Assembly (NCBI GenBank): GCA_963664395.2
Contig: OY761159.2
Coordinates: 4,096,001-4,160,000 of the forward strand
Direction: 5' to 3'
From: Candidatus Binatia bacterium
Lineage (GTDB): Bacteria > Desulfobacterota > Binatia > Bin18
Length of the DNA stretch: 64,000 nucleotides
Shown here: one piece after another, positions 9,874-20,161 of the stretch
Layout of the letters: each line of letters opens with the position of its first letter
Position numbering within the stretch: the stretch's first letter is position 1
Made by a program: the position numbers and the translations under genes
Notes under the pieces: model-generated
What the model was told of the DNA's origin: nothing
The model's input: only the letters and a program-made list of their open reading frames with translations
Database searches by the model: none

Positions 9874-11049
9874 TCACTCGACCTTCATAATGCGGTCCAA
9901 GAGCCGGTCTCGGACCGCTGCGTTTGTCGCCAGGTCAACCGCTGTCCAGGCCATTGCCAGCGCCCCGTCAATAATGGCCTTATCCGCGGCTTCGGTCACG
10001 CAGTGGGCGGCAAACTCGGGCTGATGGTTGACGGCAGGCAGCGAATCAATACCAATAGCCGGGTGAATGGCGGGCATCGCAAGGGAGACATTGCCCATGT
10101 CTGTTGAGCCAGCCGCCCGTTTGAGAGACGTATCAACGGTTGGAAAAACCCGGCCCAGCGCCTCGGCATTCCGGCGATAGGCGGCGGCCATATCCGGGTC
10201 GTGCAGCATCTCCGCATACGGTTTTTCACCGCCGTGTATTTCGAGCTTGGAGCCGGTTGCCAGTGCGCCGGCTTCAAAGCACCTGACGACTTTCTGCTTG
10301 ATCCCGTCGAGATCCGCCAGCGTGTTCGCCCGGACAATATACTTCGCCACCGTGTGGGCCGGGATGATGTTTGGCGCTTCACCCCCTTTGGTAATAATGC
10401 CGTGAATCCGGTCCGTGGAACGGATGTGTTGGCGGAGCAGGCCAATAGCTGTTTGGGCGACGGTCAAGGCATCCGCGGCATTAATGCCGCGTTCGGGAAA
10501 GGCTGAGGCGTGCGCCTCTTTGCCGTGGTAGCACACCTCAAACATGGAGGCGGCGATAATGGGAAATTCTACCACGTCCAGCGGCGCGGGATGGACCATC
10601 ATCGCCGCGTGCATGCCCGCAAACGCGCCGCGTTCGAGTAAGAGAATTTTCCCCCCGGCATCGCACACTTCTTCTGCCGGGGTGCCGATCACGCTCACGG
10701 TCAGACCCACCTCATCCGCAATCTTTGCCGCGGCAATCCCCGCCCCAACCGATGCGGCGGCAATAATATTATGCCCACAGGCATGGCCGATCCCTGGCAG
10801 GCTGTCATATTCCGCGCAGATGCCAATATGCAGCGGCCCACTCCCGGCCCGGGCGATAAACGCAGTCGGAAGATCACAGATGCCTGTTTCCACACGGAAG
10901 CCCGCGTCCAGCAGCGCTTCCGAAAGCCACTGAGCAGCCTGTTCTTCTTCAAAGCCAATTTCCGGATTGGCGTGAATCCGGTGACTCAGGGCAATGAGAT
11001 CGTCTCGCGCGTGGTCAAATCGTTCGTGGGCTCCAGCCTTGGCGTCCAT
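9874..11049 (-). CDS. M20D amidohydrolase (ACY1L2-like), paralog 1
   Basis: IHANPE..FEE, EYD.LPGIGHACGHN, GTPAEE, GSTDMGNVS. Confidence 0.93.
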   Translation of the reverse strand: MDAKAGAHERFDHARDDLIALSHRIHANPEIGFEEEQAAQWLSEALLDAGFRVETGICDLPTAFIARAGSGPLHIGICAEYDSLPGIGHACGHNIIAAASVGAGIAAAKIADEVGLTVSVIGTPAEEVCDAGGKILLLERGAFAGMHAAMMVHPAPLDVVEFPIIAASMFEVCYHGKEAHASAFPERGINAADALTVAQTAIGLLRQHIRSTDRIHGIITKGGEAPNIIPAHTVAKYIVRANTLADLDGIKQKVVRCFEAGALATGSKLEIHGGEKPYAEMLHDPDMAAAYRRNAEALGRVFPTVDTSLKRAAGSTDMGNVSLAMPAIHPAIGIDSLPAVNHQPEFAAHCVTEAADKAIIDGALAMAWTAVDLATNAAVRDRLLDRIMKVE

Positions 11050-11198
11050 ATTTTCTCCTTTTTCTTTTTCCGCCTTACCACACGTCCTTCTTCGGCGTCC
11101 AGCGTATGCGTCTGGGAGAAAAGACTCCCCTAAATCGACGTGTTGGAAAGAACGTGGTAGGTCTTTTCGAGAGAGGCAAACAAGAAGGAGGATTTCTC

Positions 11199-11600
11199 AT
11201 GGATGCAGTCTGGTGCGGACAACTCGCTGTTTCGGCCTTTTTCGCCATCGCTTTTTTACAATCAGCAGCAGACAAGTGGTTTGACAGCGCGGGGAATATC
11301 GAGTTTTTCGGCGGCCATTTTTCCAATAGTCCGCTGGCCGGCCTGGTCCCGCTGATGTTCTGGACCATTACGGTACTCGAATCTCTGGCCGGTGTGTTGA
11401 GCGGCATTGGCGCGCTGATGATCCTGCTCGGCATGGGAACGGACATAGCGGTGTGGGGACTGACGCTCTCAAGCGTCTCGTTGCTGTGTCTGTTCTTCGG
11501 CCAACGCTTAGCCAAAGATTATGCCGGCGCTGCGGTGATCGCCGCATACTTTGCCGTGGCGCTGCTGGGCTTTGCCATCCTTTCCACCGCCGGCGGATGA
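11199..11600 (+). CDS. DoxX-family membrane protein
   Basis: FFAIAFLQS..DK.FD..GN..F...HF, LFFGQRLAKDYAGAA; four hydrophobic segments; AGGAGG RBS. Confidence 0.8.
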   Translation: MDAVWCGQLAVSAFFAIAFLQSAADKWFDSAGNIEFFGGHFSNSPLAGLVPLMFWTITVLESLAGVLSGIGALMILLGMGTDIAVWGLTLSSVSLLCLFFGQRLAKDYAGAAVIAAYFAVALLGFAILSTAGG

Positions 11601-11617
11601 TGCTCTAGGATGATGCT

Positions 11618-12790
11618 CTAGGCGGCGGCTCTCCGCTGCATCAGTCGGTCACGTATCTGCGCATCTGTCGCCATATCAATTGCCGTCCAGGCCATGGACA
11701 GGGCCCCGTCGATCAGGGCTTTGTCCGCGGCTTCGGTAACACAGTGGGCGGCGAATTCGGGCTGGTGATTCACCGCCGGCAACGAGTCAATCCCGATAAA
11801 TGGGTGGATCGAGGGTAAGGCCAAAGACACATTGCCCATGTCCGTTGAACCCGCCGCGCGTTCAATTGCCGGACCACGCTCCGGGAAGTTGCGCCCGAGC
11901 GCTTCTGAGTTACGTTGGTACAGATTCGCTATCTCCATATCGGAGCGGTGTTCCGCGTAGGGCTTGTCTCCGCCAGCTATTTCGAGCCTTGTCCCTGTTG
12001 CCAGGGCACCCGCTTCAAAACAGCGCCGGACTTTTTCTTTGATTGCGTCCAACTCGTCCAGGGTCTTGGCTCGGACAATATATTTGGCCTCGGTATGAGC
12101 GGGGATGATGTTCGGGGCGTCTCCGCCTTTAGTGATAATGCCGTGAATGCGGTCCGTTGAGCGAATGTGCTGACGCAGGAGACCAATGGCCGTCTGCGCA
12201 ACCGTCAATGCGTCAGCCGCATTGATGCCACGTTCGGGAAAAGCCGAAGCGTGGGCTTCCTTGCCCGTATAGTGCACATGAAACATGGAACAGGCGATAA
12301 TGGACGGATCAACCACATCCATGGGAGCGGGGTGGACCATCATGGCGGCATGGACGTTTTGAAATGCGCCACGTTCCAGAAGGAGGATTTTGCCGCCGGC
12401 ATCTCCAACTTCTTCCGCTGGCGTGCCCAATACGCTGACGGTCAGGCCGACTTCATCCGCTACCTGAGCCGCAGCAATCCCGGCGCCAACAGCACTGGCT
12501 GCAATAATATTATGACCACAGGCATGGCCGATACCGGGCAGGCAGTCGTATTCGGCGCAGATGGCAATGTGCAACGGTCCGCTGCCGGCCCGCGCGACAA
12601 AAGCGGTCGGCATGTCACAAATCCCGGTTTCAACGCGAAAGCCGGCGTCGCTCAGCGTTTCGGCAATCCAGGCGGAAGCTTGTTCTTCTTCAAAACCAAG
12701 CTCGGGATGGGCATGAATACGATGACTCAGAGCAATGAGGTCGTCTTGAGATTGCGTAAAGCGTTCCTGAGCGCCCGACTTCGCATCCAT
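11618..12790 (-). CDS. M20D amidohydrolase (ACY1L2-like), paralog 2
   Basis: Same motifs as and colinear with 9874-11049. Confidence 0.93.
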   Translation of the reverse strand: MDAKSGAQERFTQSQDDLIALSHRIHAHPELGFEEEQASAWIAETLSDAGFRVETGICDMPTAFVARAGSGPLHIAICAEYDCLPGIGHACGHNIIAASAVGAGIAAAQVADEVGLTVSVLGTPAEEVGDAGGKILLLERGAFQNVHAAMMVHPAPMDVVDPSIIACSMFHVHYTGKEAHASAFPERGINAADALTVAQTAIGLLRQHIRSTDRIHGIITKGGDAPNIIPAHTEAKYIVRAKTLDELDAIKEKVRRCFEAGALATGTRLEIAGGDKPYAEHRSDMEIANLYQRNSEALGRNFPERGPAIERAAGSTDMGNVSLALPSIHPFIGIDSLPAVNHQPEFAAHCVTEAADKALIDGALSMAWTAIDMATDAQIRDRLMQRRAAA

Positions 12791-12807
12791 GATGTTCTCC
12801 TTATTTT

Positions 12808-12839
12808 CCCTCTCCCCCGGGGCGAGGGCTGGGGTGAGG
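12808..12839. repeat. REP-like palindrome (CCCTCTCCC...GAGGG.TGGGGTGAGG family), copy 1
   Basis: ccctctcccccggggcgagggctggggtgagg; related copies at 12950, 31569, 44020. Confidence 0.75.
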
Positions 12840-12949
12840 ATTTTCTTCGCCCTAACACACCGGCGTATCTGACGTCCAGCGGGAGATGAAAATCGTTCTT
12901 GACTCCGTTACACTAGGGATGCCTGTCCGTCTCTGCGGAAGCCTCAATT

Positions 12950-12985
12950 CCCTCTCCCCTGGAGGGCGAGGGCTGGGGTGAGGGG
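12950..12985. repeat. REP-like palindrome, copy 2
   Basis: ccctctcccctggagggcgagggctggggtgagggg. Confidence 0.75.
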
Positions 12986-13011
12986 ACTGCTCGAATATGA
13001 AAGGGGTATGA

Positions 13012-15273
13012 GTGGGGACTGTTCCCGAAACATTACAGAATCCTACTTCGACCCGTATTGGCATTCGAGGCATGCACTGTGCTGCGTGTGTTGCCAAGGT
13101 CGAACAGGTGTTATTCCAAACACCGGGCGTTATGCGGGCGAGTGTCAATCTGGCGAGTGAAGAAGCCTTCGTCGAATATGTCCCTGGTCAAGCAAGCCTG
13201 ACCGGCATTGGAGCGGCTGTTGCCTCAATCGGCTTTGAGATGGTCGAACGTGGAGAGACGGAGGAAGTTGAGCGGCAACACCGTGACGAATACCTCCTGC
13301 TGAAAAAGAAGCTGATCGTCAGTGCAGCTTTGACCGGCGTGATCCTGCTCGGGGCAATGACATCGCTCCTGTCTGTCCTGCCGCTTGGCGCTCCGGTGTG
13401 GTTGTTTGTCCTGACCACTCCGGTCCAATTCTGGGTCGGCGGGCAATTTTATCGAAGCGCCTGGGCCAGGGCGCGGCATGGCTCCAGCGATATGAATACG
13501 TTGATCGTGGTGGGGACCTCGGCGGCCTATCTCTACAGTACGGTGGCGGTATTTGCGCCTGGTTTTTTCGCGACAGCGGGCCAGCAGCCCCAGATGTATT
13601 TCGATACGGCCGCGGTAATTATTACCCTGATCTTGCTAGGTCGCCTGTTGGAAGCGCGAGCGAAGCGAAGAACGACCGAGGCCATTCGGCGGCTGGCTCA
13701 ATTGCAACCCAACACGGCGACGCTGTTGCGCGGGGAGGGGGAACAGGAAACCGTTTCGGTCGATCATGTTCAGGTTGGCGATCAGGTCCTTATCCGACCC
13801 GGTGAGCAAATTCCCGTAGACGGTATTGTGCAGGCCGGCTCGTCCGCGGTTGACGAATCCATGCTGACTGGTGAGAGCCTGCCGGTTGAAAAGCAGCCCG
13901 GAGACACGGTGACTGGTGCGACTATCAACACAACGGGTGCTTTGACTGTGCTGGCGACCAAGGTTGGCAAAGAGACGGCCCTGGCTCGGATCATTGATCT
14001 CGTCCGCCAAGCGCAGGGATCAAAGGCGCCGATTCAACGTCTGGCCGACAGGATTGCGGCGTACTTTGTGCCGGTTATTATTGCGACTGCTGTCGCCACG
14101 TTTTGTCTCTGGCTTGTGCTCGGACCGGACCCGTCCCTCACCTTTGCCCTCATGACCTTTGTTGCCGTGCTGATTATTGCGTGTCCGTGTTCACTGGGCT
14201 TGGCAACACCGACCGCCATCATGGTCGGCACCGGACGTGGGGCCGACCATGGCGTGCTCATCAAAGGCGGAGAGATATTAGAGCGGGCGCATACCCTCAC
14301 GACTGTGGTCTTTGACAAAACCGGGACCCTGACCACTGGAAAGCCAGCGGTGACTGATATCCTTCCGTCCGAGACGGTTCCCGAGCGTGTCGCTCTTAGC
14401 AGCGAAGAGCTCCTGCGTTTGGCGGCAGGTGCGGAATGGCAAAGCGAGCATCCGCTGGGACAGGCCATTGCGCAACAGGCCAAGGCGCAGGGCCTGACGC
14501 TTGCGCCGGTTGAGTCGTTTGTTGCGCTTGCCGGCCACGGAGTAGAAGCCCGGCTGGAAGGAAAGGCTGTCTTGATTGGCAGTCAACGCCTCCTCGCGCA
14601 GCGCGGCATTCAGTCTGGCGACATGCTGGGACAGAGTGAGGCCCTCTCCCGCGAGGGGAAGACTCCGCTCTATGTTGTGGTCAACCGGCGGGTCGTTGGA
14701 TTGATCGCGGTCGCCGATAGGCTCAAGCCTCGGGCTGCCGAAGATGTCCGCCGGCTTCAGCACATGGGGCTCGAAGCCGTCATGTTGACTGGTGATAATC
14801 GCCACACGGCCCACGCGATTGCCCGTCAGGCCGGCATTACTCGGGTTTTGGCCGAGGTTCTCCCCGAGGAAAAGGCTGCCGAGATTGCGCGCCTCCAGGC
14901 CAACGGTGCTGCCGTCGCCATGGTTGGCGATGGGATAAATGATGCTCCGGCCCTGGCCCAAGCGACTATTGGCATTGCCTTGGGAACCGGGACGGATATT
15001 GCCATTGAGGCCGCTGATATTACGCTTATGCGCGGCGAATTGAGCGGTGTGTCTACGGCAATTGCGTTATCGCGTCGAACGGTGCAGGTCATTCGTCAGA
15101 ATTTATTCTGGGCGTTTGTCTATAACACTGCGGGTATTCCCCTGGCCGCCGGACTGCTCTATCCGTTCTTCGGGATTTTGCTTGACCCCATGGTTGCCGC
15201 GTTGGCCATGGCGTTGAGTTCGGTCTCGGTGTTGATGAATTCGTTGCGATTGCGAACGATGCGATTGGAATAG
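13012..15273 (+). CDS. copA: Copper-translocating P1B-type ATPase
   Basis: GMHCAAC metal-binding domain, [26 protein letters not shown] and MALSS motifs. Confidence 0.95.
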   Translation: MGTVPETLQNPTSTRIGIRGMHCAACVAKVEQVLFQTPGVMRASVNLASEEAFVEYVPGQASLTGIGAAVASIGFEMVERGETEEVERQHRDEYLLLKKKLIVSAALTGVILLGAMTSLLSVLPLGAPVWLFVLTTPVQFWVGGQFYRSAWARARHGSSDMNTLIVVGTSAAYLYSTVAVFAPGFFATAGQQPQMYFDTAAVIITLILLGRLLEARAKRRTTEAIRRLAQLQPNTATLLRGEGEQETVSVDHVQVGDQVLIRPGEQIPVDGIVQAGSSAVDESMLTGESLPVEKQPGDTVTGATINTTGALTVLATKVGKETALARIIDLVRQAQGSKAPIQRLADRIAAYFVPVIIATAVATFCLWLVLGPDPSLTFALMTFVAVLIIACPCSLGLATPTAIMVGTGRGADHGVLIKGGEILERAHTLTTVVFDKTGTLTTGKPAVTDILPSETVPERVALSSEELLRLAAGAEWQSEHPLGQAIAQQAKAQGLTLAPVESFVALAGHGVEARLEGKAVLIGSQRLLAQRGIQSGDMLGQSEALSREGKTPLYVVVNRRVVGLIAVADRLKPRAAEDVRRLQHMGLEAVMLTGDNRHTAHAIARQAGITRVLAEVLPEEKAAEIARLQANGAAVAMVGDGINDAPALAQATIGIALGTGTDIAIEAADITLMRGELSGVSTAIALSRRTVQVIRQNLFWAFVYNTAGIPLAAGLLYPFFGILLDPMVAALAMALSSVSVLMNSLRLRTMRLE

Positions 15274-15330
15274 GGCGGTGCACAGGGACATTCTACCTGC
15301 CTTGGTGTCTTGGTGACTTGGTCGTATAAC

Positions 15331-16731
15331 ATGAGCTACTCCACAACGGTCCGTACTGAACGTTTTGTATTTGCCGACCTGCGCGAAGTATTCGCCAAGG
15401 CCAATGAAGACAAGTCGGGCGACCGCTTGGCAGGGATTGCCGCAACATCCGAGCAGGAACGGGTTGCGGCAAAGCTGGTGCTGGCTGACATCCCGTTGTC
15501 GGAAATCGTCGAGAATCCACTCATAGAGCCCGCCCAAGATGAAGTGAGTCGCCTCATTCTTGATACCCATGACCAAGAGATGTTCCATCCGTTTTCACAT
15601 CTGACTGTTGGCGAGTTCCGAGAATACTTACTCGACGATGCACAGGATGGTGATCGCCTGAATGCCTTGCGGTGGGCCATCACTCCGGAAATCGCTGCCG
15701 CCGTGGCCAAGCTGATGAGCAATAAAGATCTGGTATTGGCCGCAAGCAAAATCCGCAACATCACGCGCTGTCGGAATACCATGGGTCAGCCCGGCGTCCT
15801 TGGTATTCGCGTGCAGCCGAATCATCCAGCCGACGATCTGGGCGGGATTCTCCTGTCCGCAATTGATGGCTTGCTGTTCGGGTGCGGGGACGCCGTCATC
15901 GGCGTGAACCCGGCGACCGAGTCCGTGGAGACGGTCAGCCGGATTCTGCACGGACTCCAGCGTTTGATTGAAGTGTATGACATTCCAACCCAATCGTGCT
16001 GCCTGGCTCATATCAGTACGCAACTCAACAGCCTGGAGCGTGGCGCCCCGGTGGACTTGCTGTTTCAGTCCATTGCCGGGACGGAAGCGGCCAACGCGAG
16101 TTTTGGAATTAATCTGAATATTCTGCGCGAGGGCCGCGAGCGTGTCCGTGAACATCATCGGAGTCGCGAGGTGACGTGGGTGGGCGACGCGGTCATGTAT
16201 TTTGAAACCGGGCAGGGGAGTGCGCTGTCGGCCAATGCCCACCACGGCGTGGATCAACTCACGCTCGAAGCCCGAACCTACGGTGTGGCCCGCGCCTTTG
16301 CGCCCTTCCTGGTCAATACCGTCGTGGGCTTTATCGGGCCCGAATACTTATATGACGAACGCCAGATCGTTCGCGCCGGTTTGGAAGATCATTTTATGGG
16401 CAAGCTGCTCGGACTGCCCATGGGGTGTGACGTGTGCTACACCAACCACGCTCAGGCTGACCAGAACTCGGCGGATAATCTCTTGCTTCTGCTGACCGCG
16501 GCCGGCTGCAATTATTTTATGGGGGTCCCGTGTGCCGATGATGTGATGTTGAGTTATCAATCAACCAGCTTCCACGACGCACTCGGAGCCCGCCAACTTT
16601 TTGGTCTCCAGCCAGCTCCGGAGTTTTTGGCCTGGTTGGAGCAGATGGAAATCTTTCGTAATGGAAACCTCGTGGCATCCGATAGTCCGGCTCGACAACG
16701 CCTGGAAGAAGGTGTCGGGCGGATTGCCTGA
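15331..16731 (+). CDS. eutB: Ethanolamine ammonia-lyase large subunit
   Basis: AKANEDKSGD.LAG, QPNHP.DD, GDAVIGVNP, YFETGQGS, VVGFIGPEYLYD, MGCDVCYTNH. Confidence 0.96.
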   Translation: MSYSTTVRTERFVFADLREVFAKANEDKSGDRLAGIAATSEQERVAAKLVLADIPLSEIVENPLIEPAQDEVSRLILDTHDQEMFHPFSHLTVGEFREYLLDDAQDGDRLNALRWAITPEIAAAVAKLMSNKDLVLAASKIRNITRCRNTMGQPGVLGIRVQPNHPADDLGGILLSAIDGLLFGCGDAVIGVNPATESVETVSRILHGLQRLIEVYDIPTQSCCLAHISTQLNSLERGAPVDLLFQSIAGTEAANASFGINLNILREGRERVREHHRSREVTWVGDAVMYFETGQGSALSANAHHGVDQLTLEARTYGVARAFAPFLVNTVVGFIGPEYLYDERQIVRAGLEDHFMGKLLGLPMGCDVCYTNHAQADQNSADNLLLLLTAAGCNYFMGVPCADDVMLSYQSTSFHDALGARQLFGLQPAPEFLAWLEQMEIFRNGNLVASDSPARQRLEEGVGRIA

Positions 16732-16771
16732 ATTTCATCCCCTCCGGGGAGGGGAATCGTTTTTAAGTACG

Positions 16772-17554
16772 ATGAAGACTCCGGCTCAATCAGACAATCG
16801 CGATCCACTGGCTGAAATCCGGACCCGTACTTCAGCACGGATATTTGTTGGCCGGTCCGGTCCGGCGTACCGTACGCGGACGCAGCTCAGCCTGCGTTCG
16901 GATCATGCGTTAGCCAGGGACGCGGTGCAGGCCGACAGCCATTGGGAACGGGACCTTGGTACGGACTTTCTGCAAGAGTGGGGGCTGTTTGAAGTGGCCA
17001 GCCAAGCGCAGAGTAAAGCCGAATATCTGATGCGACCCGACCTGGGTCGGAGACTCAATGACCGGGTGGAGATCACGCGCCAGTGTGCTGTTGGTGCCGA
17101 TCTGCAAGTTGTTATCGGGGATGGGCTCTCGGTCGCTGCCGTTATCAGACAGGTGCCCGACCTGCTGCCGCTACTCCATGCCGGTGCGGAAAAACGTGGC
17201 TGGCGTTTTGGCCAGCCCTTTTTGATCCGCCATTGCCGCGTAGGGGTGCTGAACGACATTGGTGAGCTACTTGACCCGACCGTTATCGTGCTCCTCATTG
17301 GAGAGCGGCCCGGTCTTATGACAGCAGAGAGCCTCTCCGCGTATATGGCCTATCGCCCCCGGTCCGGCCACACTGATGCCGAGAGAAATCTGGTCTCAAA
17401 CATTCATGCCCACGGCGTGGCTATTGGAGAAGCCGCCGACCGTATCCTGGGTTTGGCCGAGCTCATGCGGCGGGCCCAACTGAGTGGAGTTGCGGTCAAA
17501 GAAGAGCTTGGGGTGCTGGCACAAAACGCTATGCCGACTCTTTCTGACAAGTAA
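16772..17554 (+). CDS. eutC: Ethanolamine ammonia-lyase small subunit
   Basis: T.ARI.VGRSG, DHALARDAV, YLMRPDLGRRL, DGLS, LIGERPGL..AESLSAY. Confidence 0.95.
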   Translation: MKTPAQSDNRDPLAEIRTRTSARIFVGRSGPAYRTRTQLSLRSDHALARDAVQADSHWERDLGTDFLQEWGLFEVASQAQSKAEYLMRPDLGRRLNDRVEITRQCAVGADLQVVIGDGLSVAAVIRQVPDLLPLLHAGAEKRGWRFGQPFLIRHCRVGVLNDIGELLDPTVIVLLIGERPGLMTAESLSAYMAYRPRSGHTDAERNLVSNIHAHGVAIGEAADRILGLAELMRRAQLSGVAVKEELGVLAQNAMPTLSDK

Positions 17555-17576
17555 TAGGGAGGCGGGTGACGCTGCT

Positions 17577-17996
17577 ATGAGTCGAAAAGGAAAGAAAGCG
17601 GTAAACTCGGTAAGCGCTCCCAACGATGTTGCGGTGCGGGCCGACCGCTGGCTGTGGGCCGCACGGTTTTATAAGAGCCGTTCGTCAGCGGCCGAAGCCT
17701 GTGAGGGCGGAAAGGTCAAGGTGAACGGGCAGACGGCAAAACCGCATAAGCTGGTGCGGGTGGATGATACCCTTGAATTTACCCATCCGCATGGACCAAA
17801 GAAGCTGAAGGTGCGGGCGGTATCTGATACGCGCGGTCCGGCAACTGATGCCCGCCTACTGTATGAAGACCATTCGCCGCCGCCTCCAAAAGATGAGTTC
17901 TTTGATTTCTTTGAGCAACCGTCTTCCCGGTCCCGGGGAAGCGGCCGCCCAACCAAGCGGGAGCGCCGCGAGACCGAATGGTTGCACGGGCGATAA
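17577..17996 (+). CDS. hslR: S4-domain RNA-binding heat shock protein Hsp15
   Basis: VR.DRWLWAARFYKSRS.A..AC..GKV.VNG, GRPTKRERR. Confidence 0.88.
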   Translation: MSRKGKKAVNSVSAPNDVAVRADRWLWAARFYKSRSSAAEACEGGKVKVNGQTAKPHKLVRVDDTLEFTHPHGPKKLKVRAVSDTRGPATDARLLYEDHSPPPPKDEFFDFFEQPSSRSRGSGRPTKRERRETEWLHGR

Positions 17997-18028
17997 GACG
18001 ATAAATGGATAATCGGAGTGAGGAAAAT

Positions 18029-19084
18029 ATGATGACTGATCTGATGATTGATCTGCGGAGCGATACGGTCACCTTGCCGAGTCAGGCCATGCGCGACGCA
18101 GTTGCTCATGCCGAGCTTGGTGATGATGTCATGGGAGAAGACCCGACGGTCAATCGGCTGGAAGAACTGGCTGCGGAAAAGATGGGCAAAGAGGCCGCGC
18201 TGCTGGTGAGCAGTGGAACCATGGGCAATCTGGTCGCCTTACTCAGCCACTGCACCCGGGGACAGGACGTCATTCTTGGCGACCAGTGCCATATTTTCAA
18301 ATACGAAGCCGGGGGGGCGTCAGCCCTGGGTGGGCTGGCCTTTCACACCGTGCCCACGGGCCGTTTCGGAGAACTCGCCCTGCCGGATGTGGAACGGGCT
18401 ATATATCCCGCTGATGTGCATTACGCCCCGCCGGGGCTGATCTGTCTGGAGAACACGCATAATCGCTGCGGAGGGACGATCCTGCCGGTCGAGTATCTTC
18501 GCTCTGTTCGGAACCTGGCCGATACGGCCGGCGTGCCGGTGCATCTTGACGGCTCGCGCATCTTTAACGCTGCGGTGGCCTTGGGCTGTGACGTGAGGAC
18601 GCTCACCCAAGCCGTCGATACGGTCCAGTTTTGTTTGTCCAAAGGACTGTCGGCTCCAGTCGGTTCTCTCGTGTGCGGGAGTCGGGAGTTTATCCAGCGG
18701 GCTCGGCGTTATCGGAAAATGGTCGGCGGCGGGATGCGTCAGGCCGGCATTATTGCCGCGCCCGGAATCGTAGCCCTGAATGAAATGGTCGAACGTTTGG
18801 CCGAAGACCACCAGACCGCACGCCGGCTGGCTGAAGGCTTGGCTGAGCTGCCGGGCGTACGCATCGACCTTGAGACGGTCCAGACCAATCTGGTGATTTT
18901 TTCCGTGCCGACTCCTCATGCCAATGGCGGTTCTTTTGCTGAAGTGCTCGGGCAGGCCGGAGTTAAGGTCGGTGCTATCGGCGGCGAACGCTTCCGCGCC
19001 GTGACGCATTACGGCATATCGCACGCGGACATAGATGAGGCGTTACAGATCATACGCCAGACCTGGCAGCCGGCCGCGGCCTAA
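18029..19084 (+). CDS. ltaE: Low-specificity L-threonine aldolase
   Basis: IDLRSDTVT, GDDV.GEDPTV, SGTMGN, ENTHN, HLDGSR, CLSKGL.APVG, GGGMRQAG. Confidence 0.95.
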   Translation: MMTDLMIDLRSDTVTLPSQAMRDAVAHAELGDDVMGEDPTVNRLEELAAEKMGKEAALLVSSGTMGNLVALLSHCTRGQDVILGDQCHIFKYEAGGASALGGLAFHTVPTGRFGELALPDVERAIYPADVHYAPPGLICLENTHNRCGGTILPVEYLRSVRNLADTAGVPVHLDGSRIFNAAVALGCDVRTLTQAVDTVQFCLSKGLSAPVGSLVCGSREFIQRARRYRKMVGGGMRQAGIIAAPGIVALNEMVERLAEDHQTARRLAEGLAELPGVRIDLETVQTNLVIFSVPTPHANGGSFAEVLGQAGVKVGAIGGERFRAVTHYGISHADIDEALQIIRQTWQPAAA

Positions 19085-19156
19085 GCGAATCGGCGCGCCT
19101 ATACATCTTTTCCTGGCTGGGATAGAGGAAAACGATTAACGTAATAGGAGGGAACT

Positions 19157-20128
19157 ATGGCAAAGGTACAAACCGTTCTTGGCGATAAGACTGCGGACGA
19201 GCTGGGCTTTACGCTCGTACATGAGCACCTGACGGTCGGCTTCCCCGGTTATGAATGGGACAATACCAGTTTTGATCGCAAGAAAGAGCTCGATGGAGCG
19301 GTCGAAAAGCTCAAAGAGATTAAAGAGCTGGGAGTGACCTCGTTTGTTGATCCCTGCCCCATGGAATTAGGCCGTGACCCGGAATTCGCCGCCGAATGCG
19401 CCGAGCGGTCCGGGCTGAACGTCATCATTGCCACCGGCCTGTACAACGAAGCCTTGGGCATCCCGCCGCATTTCCGCAGTCTTGGGGCGGATGATATTGC
19501 CGAGGTGTATGTGCGTGAGATCACCGAAGGGATCGGGAATACCGGTATCAAGGCCGGCATCATTAAAACCGCCACCGGTGGCATTCCGGGCATGACCGAG
19601 ACGGCGACGAGTATCGGCCAGCACGAGGAGACGTGTTTGCGGGCCGCGGCACGGACGCACAAGGTTACGGGGCTGCCTATTCTGTGCCACAACGACGAGT
19701 TGGGTCCGTTCGGACGAGAGACCCTGGACGTCTTTGAAGACGAAGGGGTCGATTTTAACCGGGTGATGATCGGCCACGCGTGTGGTGTGGGTGATATGCG
19801 CTACTACTTTGACGTGCTTGAGCGGGGCGCATGGCTCGGTTTTGATCGCTTTGGAGTAGAGACTATTGCTTCCGATAAAATGCGCCAAGCCTCCCTCATC
19901 GGTCTACTGGCGGTCGGGTATGACCGGATTATGCTATCGCACGATGCCGTGCACTGCATGATGGGCCGTCCGAGCGCAGCGTGGGAACAGTTCATTGCGG
20001 CCTGCCCGAACTGGAACTATTCCCACATCCTGAAGAATATCATTCCGCAACTGAGCAGAGCCGGGGTGAGCGAGGGCACCATTCATACCATGACGGTTGA
20101 AAATCCCAAAAATTACTTTGGGGGATAG
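19157..20128 (+). CDS. Phosphotriesterase-related metal-dependent hydrolase (PTE/PLL-like)
   Basis: TLVHEH, KAGIIK, CH, IGH, LSHD, ENP motifs. Confidence 0.92.
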   Translation: MAKVQTVLGDKTADELGFTLVHEHLTVGFPGYEWDNTSFDRKKELDGAVEKLKEIKELGVTSFVDPCPMELGRDPEFAAECAERSGLNVIIATGLYNEALGIPPHFRSLGADDIAEVYVREITEGIGNTGIKAGIIKTATGGIPGMTETATSIGQHEETCLRAAARTHKVTGLPILCHNDELGPFGRETLDVFEDEGVDFNRVMIGHACGVGDMRYYFDVLERGAWLGFDRFGVETIASDKMRQASLIGLLAVGYDRIMLSHDAVHCMMGRPSAAWEQFIAACPNWNYSHILKNIIPQLSRAGVSEGTIHTMTVENPKNYFGG

Positions 20129-20161
20129 GAGTTGCTCTTTTCTGGGGCCGGCCGCTAGCGG

